Shown piece after piece: positions 61,467 through 64,000 of a DNA stretch of 64,000 nucleotides. The translations under genes were made by a program, and so were the position numbers. Source of the stretch: Candidatus Eiseniibacteriota bacterium. GTDB lineage: Bacteria; Eisenbacteria; RBG-16-71-46. The notes below the pieces were generated by a model. The model worked only from the letters and a program-made list of their open reading frames with translations. It was not told where the DNA came from and did no database searches. Position 1 is the stretch's first letter, and each line of letters starts with the position of its first letter. The stretch lies in contig CAVSAC010000010.1 in NCBI GenBank assembly GCA_963725865.1, positions 32,001 to 96,000 on the forward strand, read 5' to 3'.

Positions 61467-64000
<2,534 letters not shown>

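Overview
Very GC-rich, gene-dense bacterial chromosomal segment with most genes on the minus strand. Several secreted proteins carry a FlgD-Ig/T9SS-like C-terminal domain, which suggests an FCB-superphylum organism such as Ca. Eisenbacteria; this is inference only. Housekeeping genes: mutL (partial), mutS, uvrA (partial), rpsA, cmk, aroA, a PlsC-like acyltransferase, RNase R, HU, a tiny basic bS22/AURKAIP1-like ORF missed by the ORF track, two PPIases, pgeF and yitJ. A ~28 kb co-oriented catabolic block runs tdh-kbl, two secreted proteins, gcvT-H-PA-PB, a five-gene uncharacterised membrane module (DUF6754-like), a lipoate ligase, an Opp/Dpp ABC transporter and a bacterial microcompartment (BMC) operon (2 BMC-H, 1 BMC-T, 3 BMC-P, acylating aldehyde dehydrogenase, no signature enzyme). 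The most striking unexplained signal is upstream of the BMC operon: a consensus sigma54 promoter followed directly by a ~170-nt multi-helix structured non-coding sequence that I cannot assign to a known RNA family. Also seen: a frameshifted HNH-endonuclease gene beside a synonymously recoded copy of the neighbouring gene end, a shared OmpR/PhoB-like box before two secreted proteins, and several apparently leaderless promoters. All calls come from reading motifs by eye; no searches were run.
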